A stretch of 64,000 nt of DNA from the human T2T-CHM13v2.0 reference genome, Homo sapiens: the NCBI RefSeq assembly GCF_009914755.1, contig NC_060939.1, one strand, 5' to 3'. How positions within the stretch are numbered: position 1 is the stretch's first letter; every line of letters begins with the position of its first letter. Positions 31,868-48,727 of this stretch are shown one piece after another. The position numbers and the translations under genes are program-made. The notes under the pieces were generated by a model, which ran no database searches, was not told where the DNA came from, and saw only the letters and a program-made list of their open reading frames with translations.

Positions 31868-32598
31868 TCAAAGTTTAATCACAGTTAATATTTTAATGGA
31901 TTTCTTTCAATCCATTTTATAAATATTCTTATAACTACAATAGTATATATTACTTTAACATTAGATTAAATGAAATGTTACTTTAAAATATCATTATAAT
32001 GCCTTTATAAGTCCTTTATAGAGAATACTGTTCTCTAATTTTGTAGCATTTAGGTTTCATCCCAATTTCTCCTATGCACAAAAATATAGGTTTGGGTACT
32101 GGATTTTGTTCTAGGAACCCAGAATGGGACCCTGATCCAGTCTAGATGGCTTTCCAGGGAAGGACTGAATGTGATAGGAAGAGTGAGGCCCCCTCCCAGG
32201 GCCATTCTAAGTATTCAAGGAGATAATGCAGGTGAAAAATTATTGGTCAGTTGTTAGGAAAATTTTTCTCTATTGATCTTTTTTTATCTATTAGCTTTGA
32301 TTTCCAGTAAATACAAATTAAAGTAAAAAAGAAAAGCACAAAGAAGAAAATCAAATTGCCTAGAGTTTTATTTCTGTCAGTTAATAACTGTTAATATTTT
32401 AGGGTATAAAGTTTCATCATTTTCTATGTGTATGTAGTGTGTATATTTTTTTCTATTTGTTTTTTTTAAAAAAGGTCATGTGTACATACTTTGTGTTAAT
32501 GTATGTATTTTCTTCATATCAAAACTATTCTGAGACAGTATTTCAATGACTACATAGAAGGCATTTTATCATAGGACTGGAAAACAATTTATTTGATC

Positions 32599-32745
32599 TT
32601 AATAATTTTTCCAAATTGTGATGCTTATGTTTATGGCATGACTATGCTGTTTTTGGAATTTTAGTTCCTTCTAGTGTTGCACTGTTGCCAACGTTTGCCT
32701 ATATCATTGATTATTAACTCGGTATTAATTCCCATAATGGAGTGG
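32599..32745 (+). repeat. Local duplication copy 1 (partner 40434-40612)
   Basis: ~90% identical (14 substitutions in ~146 aligned nt) to 40434-40612; lacks 33 bp present in copy 2. Confidence 0.9.
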
Positions 32746-32899
32746 CTGGATTGAGCCTCTGGAAATTTTCCTTGTTTTTGATAAATTGTGCCAAATTTTC
32801 CTTTGGAAAATTGTGTGGACTTGAACTTCTACATGTAGTGGGCTGGAAAACCCCCACCTAGATGACTGGTCTGAATTTCATAAGAATGAATATGTGTTG

Positions 32900-32991
32900 C
32901 TGGACTCAAGTAATAAAATTGCACTGTTTGGTATTTATTTTTAATGAGTAGATTTTGGCTGATTTTGACACACACAAAAAATGAGTAACTA
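32900..32991 (+). mobile_element. L1MA5-like 3' end, left part (host of the L1PA5 insertion)
   Basis: 'taataaaattg..gtagattttggctg..cacacacaaaaaatgagtaacta' continues after the L1PA as 'tgtgaagtgatg..' at 39148. Confidence 0.75.
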
Positions 32992-34020
32992 GATTGGGAG
33001 GTTCCAAGATGGCCAAATAGGAATAGCTCAAGTCTACAGCTCCCAGTGTGAGTGACGCAGAAGACAGGTGATTTCTGCATTTCCAACTGAGGTACCGGGT
33101 TCATCTCACTGGGGCTTGTCGGACGGTGGGTGCAGGAGAGTGGATGCAGCCAACTGAGTGTCAGCCGAAGAAGGGCAAGGCATTGCCTCATCCAGGAGGT
33201 ACAAGGGGTCAAGGAATTCCCTTTCCTAGCTAAGTGAAGCTGTGACAGATGGCACCTGGAAAATCAGGTCACTCCCACACTAATACTGCGCTTTTCCAAT
33301 GGTCTTAGCAAGTGGCACACCAGGAAATTATATCCCGTGCCTGGCTCAGAGGGTCCCACACCCACGGAGCCTCACTCATTGCCAGCACAGCAGTCTGAGA
33401 TCGAACTGCAAGGCGGCAGCAAGCCTGATGGAGGGGCACCCACCATTGCTGAGGCTTGAGTAGGTAAACAAAGCTGCCAGGAAGCTCGAACTGGGTGGAG
33501 CCCACTGCAGCTCAAGGAGGCCTGCCTGCGTCTGTAGGCTCCACCTCTGGGGGCAGGGCATAGCCAAACAAAAGGCAGCAGAAACCTCTGCAGACTTAAA
33601 TGTCCCTGTCTGACAGCTTTGAAGACAGTAGTGGTTCTCCCAGCATGGAGGTTGAGACCTGAGAACGGACAGACTGCCTCCTCAAGTGGGTCCCTGATCC
33701 TTGAGTAGCCTAACTGGGAGGCACCCCCCAGTAGGGGCAGACTGACACCTCACATGGCCAGGTACCCCTCTGAGACGAAGCTTTCAGAGGAATGATCAGG
33801 CAGCAACATTTGCTGTTCAGCAATATTCGCTGTTCTGCAGCCTCTGCTGCTAATACCCAGGCAAAAGGGTCTGGAGTGGACCTCCGGCAAACTCCAACAG
33901 ACCTGCAGCTGAGGGTCCTGAATGTTAGAAGGAAAACTAATAAACAGAAAGGACATCTACACCAAAACCCCATCTGTACGTCACCATCTTCAAAGACCAA
34001 AGGCAGATAAAACCACAAAA

Positions 34021-35043
34021 GTGGGGAAAAAACAGAGCAGAAAAGCTGAAAATTCTAAAAATCAGAGTGCCTCTCCCCCTCCAAAGGAACGCGACTCATT
34101 GCCAGCAACGGAACAAAGATGGACAGAGAATGACTTTGACGCGCTGAGAGAAGAAGGCTTCAGACGATTAAACTTCTCCAAGCTAAAGAAGGAAGTTCGA
34201 ACCCACTGCAAAGAAGCTAAAAACCTTGAAAAAAGATTAGAAGAATGGCTAACTAGAATAACCAGTGTAGAGAAGTCCTTAAATGACCTGATGGAGCTGA
34301 AAACCATGACACGAGAACTATGTGATGAATGCACAAGCTTCAGTAGGCAATTCGATCAACTGGAAGAAAGGGTATCAGTGATTGAAGATCAAATGAATGA
34401 AAAGAAGTGAGAAGAGAAGTTTAGAGAAAAAAGAGTAAAAAGAAATGCAAAAAGCCTCCAAGAAATACGAGACTATGTGAAAAGACCAAATCTACGTCTG
34501 ATTGGTTTACCTGAAAGTGATGCGGAGAATGGAACCAAGTTGGAAAACACTCGGCAGGATATTATCCAGGAGAACTTCCCCAACCTAGCAAGGCAGGCCA
34601 ACATTCAAATTCAGGAAATACAGAGAATGCCACAAAGATACTCATCAAGAAGAGCAACTTCAAGACACATAATTGTCAGATTCACCAAAGTTGAAATGAA
34701 GGAAAAAATGTTAAGGGCAGCCAGAAAGAAAGGTCGGGTTACCCACAAAGGGAAGCCCATCAGACTAACAGCGGATCTCTCAGCAGAAACTCTACAAGCC
34801 AGAAGAGAGTGGGGGCCAATATTTAACATTCTTAAAGAAACGAATTTTCAACCCAGAATTTCATATCCAGCCAAACTAAGCTTCATAAATGAAGGAGAAG
34901 GAGAAATAAAATCCTTTACAGACAAGCAAATGCTGAGAGATTTTGTCACCACCAGGCCTGCCTTACAAGAGCTCCTGAAGGAAGTACTAAATATGGAAAG
35001 GAACAACCAGTACCAGCCACTGCAAAAACGTGCTAAATTGTAA
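34021..35043 (+). pseudogene. L1 ORF1p (disrupted)
   Basis: Start codon reads GTG (GKKQSRK...), premature TGA at 34408-34410, then RRM/CTD region (RPNLRLIG..YPAKLSF..LQKRAKL). Confidence 0.93.
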
Positions 35044-35106
35044 AGACCATCGATGCTAGGAAGAAACTGCATCAACTAATGAGCAAAATAACCAGCTAAC
35101 ATCATA

Positions 35107-38935
<3,829 letters not shown>

Positions 38936-39147
38936 ACAATGAGAACACTTGAGCACAGGAAGGGGAACATCACACACTGGGGCCTGTTGTGGGGTGGGGA
39001 GAGGGGGGAGGGATAGCATTAGGAAATATACCTAATGTAAATGACAAGTTAATGTGTGTAGCACACCAACATGGCACATGTAACAAACCTGCACGTTGTG
39101 CACATGCACCCTAGGACTTAAAGTATAATAATAAAAAAGAGTAACTA

Positions 39148-39258
39148 TGTGAAGTGATGAATATATTAATTTGCTTCAGTATGATAACCTTTTTTACCAT
39201 CTATATGTATCCCATAACATCATATTGTATACTGTAAATGTACACAATTTAAAAAAAG
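39148..39258 (+). mobile_element. L1MA5-like 3' end, right part
   Basis: 'atctatatgtatcccataacatcatattgtatac..tacacaattt aaaaaaa'. Confidence 0.75.
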
Positions 39259-40109
39259 TTTTACTAATTTTCAAAGCACTCAAAGTTCATTTTTTTCTCT
39301 TAAATGCTTATGTTAGAGTTCAGGTTTGTGGCTATTTTTGTCATGCTAATGGAAATTAGTGGTGAAAAATCTTATCAAGGGAAATTGCACCAGAAATGAG
39401 TCAATTAAATTCTATTTTATAAACATTCATTGAACATCAATCATGAGGATAAGAGTTTATTTGAATCTAGTACTATGAAAAGATGAATGTGATGTCATCC
39501 TTTTAAAAAGTACACAGTGTTACAGAGGAATAAAACCTACAAATGCCTATGAATAAATATATATACATATGAGAGGGAAGAATGTAATATATACTGTCAT
39601 ACAGACTCAAGCAGAAAGGAAGATAAGATCATGTTTTCTTGGAAGGTATGGCAAAGAGATTGCCCTCTGAGGCTAGGCAGGATTTTAAGAGATGGAGATT
39701 ATAAGGCCATAGGAACAGCATGAAGAAAGCACATAAGGTCAGAAAGGCTAAGAATATTTAGGCAATGGTGAGCATTCTAGTCTGGTTGAAGCCTAGGAAG
39801 TATGTGAAGGGTTTTGATCATCATGCTAAGAACTTGGAAGCTTATTCCAATAGCAAAAGTACTACTTGGATATTCTTGACATGTTTTTTCTCCTGCCATT
39901 TAAGGCTGGTGACTATTTTCAATGGGTAGGATTTATCAGTTAAGAGGGAGGTAGCAGAACAAAAGAGGAAGAAGAGGAATAAAATCTTTCCCATGAAATG
40001 CAACTTGAACATAACAGTTGAAGGACAATGAGAGCAAAAAAAAAAAAAAAAAAGTCATTTTTCTGTCTCATTGGCTTGCCATGTTTAGAGGATTTCTTGA
40101 GGGTTTCTT

Positions 40110-40310
40110 GGCAATAAGGATATTGAGTACCTACTATGTGCTAGATGCTTTCCTAAGCTTTCCTTGAACAATTTAGGTAGATATTTTAAACCAGTTTATG
40201 AAAAAGGAAGTCAAAGTCTATTAAGTTCATGTCCCTTGTTCTGGATCACACAAAGGGCTGGGAATAAAATTTAAATCAGTTGCTTCCAGATCCCATGCTC
40301 TTACTACTGC
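40110..40310 (-). mobile_element. MIR SINE (degraded)
   Basis: 'tattgagtacctactatgtgctagatgct..ggatcacaca..atttaaatc..ccatgctctt'. Confidence 0.55.
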
Positions 40311-40433
40311 CCTGTATTGAATATGTGACCTTCTGGGAGCAGGACTTTCTGCGTTCTTTTATTATTCTTATAGCTTCTATCTCTGAATCCTAAGACATGT
40401 TGAGCTTGGGTTGGAATATGCAATGAATGCATA

Positions 40434-40612
40434 TTAATAATTTTCCAAATTGTGGTGCTTATGTTTATGGCACGACTATCCTGTTTTTGGAATTTTACTT
40501 GCTTCCAGTTTTCCAGTCTTAAGAACAGCAGTGTCATGAACTGTTGCACTGTTGCCAATCTTTTCCTATATCATTGATTATTTATTCAGTATTAATTCCT
40601 ATAATGGAATGG
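40434..40612 (+). repeat. Local duplication copy 2 (partner 32599-32745)
   Basis: Direct alignment to copy 1 with an extra 33 bp at 40509-40541. Confidence 0.9.
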
Positions 40613-41766
40613 TAACTCAGAATTACCTGTTTTGCACTTTATTTTCTTCAGATTCTGCCAAATCATCATCTTAGAACTAGACAGAACTTTGGCGGTCACC
40701 TGGTTTGTTGTTCACCCTTCTGAAATCCCAATATAGCATCTCTGATAGATATTGTCTGACTCAAGACTTGACTGCAGTAGAAGGGGTTGTGTTTTACTCA
40801 AATGACTCATTTAATATAGCTGAGAAGTGGAATGACAGAGGGAAAGCCATGTTTGCTTCTAGAGAGGTTAAACATTGAACAGAAAAAGTAATGTATAGAT
40901 GCTGCCAGAGATAAGTCCAGTAGTCTGCTGTGTTGTTCCCAGCCTTACTCATCGTTCACAGCTTAGGAACTCCTCTGCAAAGGAGACAGAAGCAATGTGT
41001 TCCTGACTTATAACTGTGATGAGTTAACCTACTTTTGTAATATATTTATAATCCTTTTGAGCTCCTTGGAGGAAAGATGCAATATGAATATAAAATAATA
41101 ACAAGGCTAGCCTTCAAGTACTTCCTGAATGCTCAGGTGTAGTTTGAGGCTTAATGAATTTGGGTTAGTAAAATATTCTGAGATCCCAGCTGAAGGGAGC
41201 TAGAGAGCACAAATGGTTATTAATTATTGTTATTATTGACTCTTGCCCAGAGCATGGAGATGGATGGCCTCTGCCATGCTTTATCCCCAGGAGTGTAGCT
41301 GCAGATGCCAGTCCAGTGTGCCATAAATGTCTAATCTTTTAGAAGGATTAACTCTACTTTGGATTAAAAAAATAATGATTTCCCATAATCTATTCTGAAT
41401 GAGATGCTTTTTTCTCCTCCTATTTCATCTGGTGACTTTCGATACCTATAATTGAAACAAACTGCACTGAAACCCTGGCTGGACCCTTCATGTTTTATAT
41501 TAAGAAGCAGTGTGAAGACCGTCTACTTGAATTAATCTCACCTGCATAACATGAGGAGAGGAAACAAATGAAATGTAGTTTTACATGTAACCTTGGCATA
41601 TTTCACCTACTTTGTGTCTTGTAGTCATGTTCTTGCCACCCAGAATGTCCAAACTGGGTCTATACACAGTCAACATAGATCAGATTTTTTTTTCAATCAT
41701 TTTGCTTTACATGATCTTAATCATTCCAACAAAAGCTTCATCAGCCAAGCAAAGTATGTCTCATTA

Positions 41767-42503
41767 TGTCAGATGAAGGATGACAAGGTTCATAAATTTG
41801 GAAAGGAGAGCTGTATTTCTCATAAAGAGTTACTGTCTGCAGGGGGGCCATTCTGACAGGCTGGGAAACATAGCCTCCAGTCAGAAGCCAGAAACAGACA
41901 CTTCAAGGGAGAAGAAAAGGGAACAAAAATTATGCTGAGAGGGGTGGCTGAATATACGTATTTATAAGCTAGAGGAGGAGTCATGAATATGTATAAAAGG
42001 AGAAACATGTATATGCTCAACTGAGCTGCATGCCTCTCCATGGGGCCCATGTTCAAAATATGGCGGCATTGGCATGATCTGAGGGTGCAGTTTTCAGTCC
42101 TCTGACATAAAAATGTGAAGCAGAGAACATGAAAACCCTCACTGTACATCCTCTGTAGACTGGCCAGAACCACTTCATGGTTGATGGTCTCTTATCAGCA
42201 AGGAATGCTAGTTGGTAGTTGGGCTGAAACTGCAAAAGAGAGGGGCAGTTTAAGGTGGTTGGTGTCAGGGGTTTGGTTGATATCGATGGTGGAGCCAGTC
42301 TTTCCAAAGGTCTGGTTTATTTAACCCCTAGGAAAAAATGCCTAATGGCAGTTAGCGAGGGAGGAGGTATAATGAGGCTTGTCTGACCTCCCATCCCATC
42401 ATGGCCAGGAACTCATATTCTGAGGTTTCTCTGCAGTTCCTCTTGACCAAGAGGGTGTCCCTTCAGTCCATTAGGGAGCTTAAAATTTTATTTTTATTTT
42501 TCA
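41767..42503 (-). mobile_element. ERV1-class solo LTR (MER39-like)
   Basis: Minus strand TG..CA ends (tgaaaaataaaaataaaattttaagctccc ... catctgaca); 'gagttcctggccatgatgggatgggaggtcagaca'. Confidence 0.75.
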
Positions 42504-44044
42504 TTCAGTTTCAGGCTTGCTCCAAGGAGGCAGGGGGAAAAGTTGATGATTACTTAACTCTGCCCCAATCACTGTCTATTGTCATTGCCTGAGAAACACA
42601 ATGGAAAGATTTGGGTAGATGAAATGGTTCAAGCACATTTCCAAAGTGATTACAGAAAAGTTTCATTGGTTTTTGAGACACAAACATTTAGCTGTTAAAA
42701 TAAACAAACTTCTGCATCCCTACAATTATTGCTTACCAATGCAGATGCAGCTTAAATGAATCCCAGCTCATCTTGAATACTGTTATGATCTCCTCAAATG
42801 AAGCTTCTTGCTATTTTAGCCAGGGAGGGAGCAGTCAGTATTCAGCTGAATGATCTTGTGACAATATCCTCCCTGTTTTCCAGTTCAAGTTTGAAGGACA
42901 TTTCCAATCAGGTTAATGAAGACCTGCTGCTTTAGTGCTGAAATAGGTTTGTTTACATCTCTCCTCTTATCTATCCGTGAAGAGCCATTCTTTTTCATCT
43001 GCCAGCCAATCACAGCCTGCCAGTGCAACATCTGGCTTGAGCAGCTGCTGAAAGAGGAAGTATACTTTCTCTCCCCTCAAGCAAGTAACAAGTGTGTGTA
43101 ATTGAGAACCTGTAATTGCAAGAAGGCACAGACTTTGGGAGAAACCATGAGGGGAAGGCTGATAGAGGAGATGAATGAAGCAAGGCAGGTTTTGTACACT
43201 TTGGAGGGAGTGTGAGGTGGAAAGAACTGCACAGAGGAGGGCAGCGAATCATTTTTATTTGTGCACCAGCAGAGAGGAGTTATTGTAACATGTGTTCATA
43301 ATGTCCTGGGCCACTTTTTAATCAGATGAACATAAAGAAAAAACAGATAAACCTTAATATTTTCCCAAATTGAAAATGCAAGGGATCAGTTATGAATCTG
43401 AGTGGTTTTTGATTATGTGACTAAGACCCTCTTGAGCCCAAAGGTATTCTTTAAGGAAGCATGTGTTAAAATAGAAACAGGCTGGCTTCTTCCACGTTTC
43501 GGTGCATTTAGTTCGCCTAAGCTTGAGTACTCTCTCACCCTTGGCACACTGAAATACTACTGCCTGAGTAGGAAATGCATTTAAAAGAGAGCCTATTATC
43601 AATTGATTCCATGTCTTATCAAGAAATTCCAAAGCATCTCTTTCCTCTATTGGGGTCTGTTTCCTTCCAAATCTGCAGCTGTATTGTTCGACTGAGATGA
43701 ATTCTAGAGAACTGCTATGAGAACTTTTTCAAAACTTTACATCAGGCCAGATCAGAATCACTGGAGGTGACTGAAAAACACTTGAAATAGTTTCCCGGAT
43801 TGTTCCACTCTGTTTTACCTTTTCTACATGCCCCACTTTACTTAGAATACTTCACTGTATTTAAGAGTTCCCACTTGCTAGTGCTTTGTAAAGATTTTGG
43901 AAAACTATCTTTGAACCTTAGTCATCTTTGAGAACTCCTTGCAGAGAGAAGAGCAGAGCACATCCAGCCAAACAAAGCAGCATCTCAATCCCTGAACAGT
44001 CTAAATGCCACCAGAACAGGCGGGAATAGAAGATCTGCTAAGCC

Positions 44045-44203
44045 GTCGCTACTTCAAGTGTGGTCTGTGGGCCAGTATCACTGGCATTACCTGGAGTTTG
44101 TTAGAAATGCACAATCTCAGGCCTCGTGCCAAACCTGTGAAATTCAAATCTGCATTTTACCAGAATCTTCAGTGATCTTCGTGCAAAGTTTGAAGAGTGC
44201 TGC
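44045..44203. mobile_element. MER5A/B MITE
   Basis: 'gctacttcaagtgtggtc..gcattacctggagtttgttagaaatgcacaatctcagg..aatctgcatttt'. Confidence 0.8.
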
Positions 44204-44315
44204 TCAAAGCCACATCTGAATAAAGAAAAGACTTTAAGAGCCAATACCAGCAGAGTTCCACCCATGATTTTTCACTGCTTATATATGAACAACTATACTT
44301 ATTTTAATACATGTG

Positions 44316-44645
44316 CAGGATCAAACAAATCCTTTCTGTCAAGGGCTTATAGTAAATATTTTAAGTTTTGCAGCTACACAGTCTCTGATGAAACTTTAAC
44401 TCTGCTGTTATAGTACAGAAGCAGCCACAGACAATAACTAAAAAAATGGGTATGGCTATGTTACAATAAAACTGTATTTATGTACACTGAATTTTAAATT
44501 TTACATAATTTTCATATGACGCAAAATATACATCTGATTTCTGCTCACCCTTGTAAAAATGTAAAAATTATTCTCAGCTCATGGGCTATACAAAAGCAGA
44601 TGATGGGTCAGATGTGGCCTGTGGACCGTAGTTTGCAAACTCCTA
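44316..44645. mobile_element. MER58B-like hAT-Charlie element
   Basis: 'caaatcctttctgtcaagggc..atagtaaatattttaagttttgcag', 'aataaaactgtatttat', end 'gtagtttgcaaactcct'. Confidence 0.85.
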
Positions 44646-44869
44646 AAACATATTGAGATGTGTTTAATTTTTATTCTGTGTTGCAGAGGTATTCATTCAA
44701 AATTTATTCTTATTCTGATCCAGGTGGCCTGCAGAAATACCCTTGACAAATCCTGGTCCAAAGGTTTAAACTTTGAAATCACACCCAAAGCTCTTCACAA
44801 ACCTTGACCACATCTCTCCTTTCCTTCTCCTCCTCTTTTTAAACCCAATACATTAGACACTCAGAAAGG

Positions 44870-45115
44870 CAGGATTGCAGAGCAGCTAAGAGGCTGAGCA
44901 TTGGCATCACCTGTATCTGGGTTGACACTTAGGTTCTTCTGTTTACGATGTGAACCTTAGTCACGATACTTAACCTCTGCACAGCTTAGTCTCCTCATCA
45001 TTAATTTGGAGATAATTATATAATGGCTGGCTGACAGTTTTGTGCTATTTGTAAAATAACGATCAAGTATGCAGGGTTCTTAGCACAATGTTTGGCACAT
45101 GACAAATTCTCTATA
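44870..45115 (+). mobile_element. MIR SINE
   Basis: 'tgtgaaccttagtcacgatacttaacctctgcacagcttagtctcctcatc'. Confidence 0.75.
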
Positions 45116-48100
45116 AGGCTTCATGATTCCTGATCCATGCTGTGAATATTTAGCTCTCGATTTCTTGGCTTACGATCCTTTTGCCCAGTTTACCTTTCCC
45201 TCGTTTGTCCCTTCTATTTCCATATTCTTCTAGGTTCAGGATATAAGTCCCTCCTCTTCTAAAATCTTTCCTAACTCATCCCACTGTGCCAATCCCTACT
45301 TAGGCAAAAGTAATGATTCCATGCTTTTGCTTTGTGAATCACATCACTACATTTGCTGTCACATTTTAGCATGGTCATGTGTATATTTGCCTCACTGGCT
45401 GGACGTTGGGATCTGTCTGATTTGGTTTTAAAACCCAGGCACCTGGGCACAGTCCATTTCCCAGAGCAGGCAAGCAACAGCTGCATGAATTAAAGAGATA
45501 CATGCAGTAGTTGTCATGAGTAAAGAACTTGAGAATTGTGATGAAATTACCTTTATTATAGTACAGACTTTTTATTATAATTTTAATTTCTCAACCTCAT
45601 TGCTATAAGTGAGATATTGACCAATACAGTGAATCTCCATGTGTCTTTTGGAGCTCAAATCCTCCCTCTCTCTTTTTATGTCTCCCTGCTTATGGACACT
45701 TGGGTCTCAGCTGTGCCCATCTACATGCATTTGCCCTACTCCTGCCTATGCACTTTTATTCGACTTGGACCTCTGTACATGGATTCCTGATGAGTGGCCG
45801 AGTTCCCAGCTTGAGTCTTGGATGCCAACCCTGCATGTGTAGCTTTCCAGCTTCTCCTCTTTCTGTAACCCGCTGGATGCTTATCCTCTTTTCATTTCAG
45901 CCCATAGGTGTCCAACGGTGCCGCACGCTCCTTGCTATAAAACTGGCCAGGATCTGTAGCTGCCCAATATTCTCAGGTTCTAACCATCCTGCCAGCCCTT
46001 GGGCTTGCCAGCTCTTTTTGGTTTCAGTCTTTCCTGACCTTCCAGAACTGTCACCGGAGAGCATTTTATAATCAGGAATAAAGGGATGGCAAAGTCAGGT
46101 CACAAGGAGATGGCCACAGGGTGCAGCGTTCATCCAGAAACAAGCTCAGTCCGCATGAAAACTTCTCTCTTCCTATTGTAACTCTTTGCTTGAAAAAGGA
46201 GCTTCATCCTCCAAGGGCAGCTGCACCCCAGCCCATGGAAGATGAAGTGAAGCCCTAATCCTGTGTTGCTAAAAGTGCTGTGGACTCCTTGCCAATGTGC
46301 AGAACGATGGTGAAAATAGTAATTAATAAGTGATGGGGTATTATTGACTCATCAGGAACACCTTTGTAGTAGGCTGGATCAATGCATAATATGGGTCTCA
46401 TAAAGATGCTTCTTAGAAATGCAGATACTTCTGGTAATGAAACGAGCTAAAAATTTGAAAAGGCCCCCTGACTTTTTTTTTTTAAAGGAAAGTAGCTTCA
46501 ATCTAAAGGAGAATGAAAGCTCATTTGGCAAGGAGGCCGAGACCAGTGCCAGACAGCAAGCTTAATGCATTTAGTTTGCCCCTAAATCCCATCTATTAAG
46601 GAATCAACTGCATGATTAATATTATTTTTCTTTCAGTTGTCCAACAACGCTGCACTGAATGTTGAATATTGAATTCATATTTTCTCTAAGCAGCCGAACA
46701 TATTTATTTGGAATTAAGTCTCTGAGTTGGTGACTTTGGGAAAGCCTGGGAAACCAGAAGCCTGCATAATGGAACATCGCTGAGAGAACACTGGTCTGCA
46801 GGGCATGCCTGTTTTATATCGGGGATGCTCAAACATGTCTGGATGAGTTTCAAGTTCCCCTCCTTTGCTTTCTTCTCAATGAGTGGGGTTTACCTGGTCA
46901 AAGCAAACAATAAGAGCACTAAACATCATTAACTCATCCTGAACTTTTCTACTCAGCCCCAAATTTGGTTTCCAGTCATATTGGCCCACAGTTTTAGTCA
47001 TGGTGTTTCAGCTAAATAACAGCTGGAAGTTGATGGCAACCCAGCTGTAGCCTGCTAGAGCAAACACTTGAGCTCCTATATGTATAAAAATGATAAAATG
47101 GCTAGACGTATAGGTCTCTAATTGCAGCCAGGATTCTGCAGCTGGGAAGTCACCCGAAGATATGTATTCTGTGTTGTAACCCAGCAACTATGCATTCCAT
47201 CCCAACTGAAAAGCATTTCCCTTCCTTCTTACCCCCGAGATTGCTGCCAAAATGTGAAGTCCAGTTCCAGCTCCCAAACTATGTTTGCTTCTCATTAGGA
47301 GCTGACCCAGCTCCAGTCTTGTAAATCTAGCCATGGATTGAGCCAGGGAGATAGATCAGTTAGAGTTTGAGGGTGACGTGATGGTAAGGTAGTACCAGGA
47401 CATTAGACTCAGATGCGGTCCTAAGATAAAATCTATGGGGTCACAAAGGCAGCCCTCCAATCCAGCACCACCTGCACCACCATACACATGATTGGGAGCA
47501 GAGCCTCTTGTTTCCTCCCTTCAGCCTTCTGACACATCCCCTCACTCCCTGCCTCCCCTCTTCTACGTTCCTCTTTTCCATTCCTCCCTACATATATACA
47601 TACCTGTCCTCCTTGCTTCAAACAGCTCCTACAACTCATCGCCCCTCTCTACCGGGCCCTTTCCAATGATGGGGAAATGTTCATCTTCCTTGAACTTCTC
47701 TCACAAGCATTAAAGGGCTTTCCTCTTCCTTTGCAGAAGGAATTTCCCTATAGTCAAATATTCATTCTTCTGTCTTTACAATTAATCCACCAAGCATTGC
47801 TCTTGATAGGAAAAAAAAAATCAAATTTAGTTTTCTTCTGCTTGAAGTCTGGCTTTCAAGACTATCATTTTATTGTGGATTTAAAGAGCTGAGCAATGAT
47901 TTCTTTGTTCCCTTATCCTGAGGTACTGATCTTTAGCTTCTTGGACTAACTAGTCTTCATAGCAGAAGGGCTGCAGGAGCTAAGGGGAGAAGATATTAAT
48001 AAAAGAGGCCAAGAAAGGAAAGTATATCTGCAAGAGTCTAAACCATTATTTGGCTACAGTGATAAGCCCTGGCACTGCACTGCCCTGGCATCTTTGCCTT

Positions 48101-48129
48101 TGGGACTAGACCAAAATCTCCTTATGATA

Positions 48130-48225
48130 AGGAGCCTTCCATTTGCTTTTATATTTGCAGGGTCTTGCACAGTGCCTGGCATAAAAATATGCCTAGGCAA
48201 TGAACAGTGTGAATGAATGAATGAA
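48130..48225 (+). mobile_element. L2 3' terminus
   Basis: 'gcacagtgcctggcataaaa..gtgaatgaatgaatgaa'. Confidence 0.7.
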
Positions 48226-48477
48226 CTGTCAAATCTGTTTGGATCTGCTTGCGCTAATGATAGTGCCCTATATTTGTAAAATTTTCCCAAGTATTTCCAC
48301 ATATATCATCTGACTTGATGTGACTATTGGTAAGTTGTCATTTTTTTCCTGCACTTCTGTCAATGAGCCAGAAAACATATAAATAAGCAACTAATTTAAT
48401 TCTGAGAATAAAACCAGAAGGAGCAATGGCATAGATGATGAGATATATTATCTTCTATCTGGCATTCGGGTCTATAT

Positions 48478-48686
48478 CAGGGGTCAGTAAACTGTGGCCC
48501 ACGAACCAAATCTGTCCTATCCCCTATTTTGGTAAATAAAGTTTTGTCAGAACACAGCCATACTTGTTCATGTTGCTGCTTTATCTTGACAATAGCGGAG
48601 CTAACTAGTTGTGAGAGATGGTCAGGCCTGTAAAGCCCAAGACATTTGCGATTTTGCCCTTGACTGAAAAAGTTTGCTGACCTCTG
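48478..48686. mobile_element. MER58A hAT-Charlie MITE
   Basis: TIRs caggggtcagtaaac / gtttgctgacctctg; 8-bp TSD gtctatat/gtctagat. Confidence 0.92.
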
Positions 48687-48708
48687 GTCTAGATGATTAA
48701 GAGACATT

Positions 48709-48727
48709 CGTTCAGCAGGGGGCACAT
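48709..48727 (+). promoter_or_regulatory. CTCF motif match (forward)
   Basis: cgttCAGCAGGGGGCACat fits the core CASYAGRKGGCRS. Confidence 0.45.
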
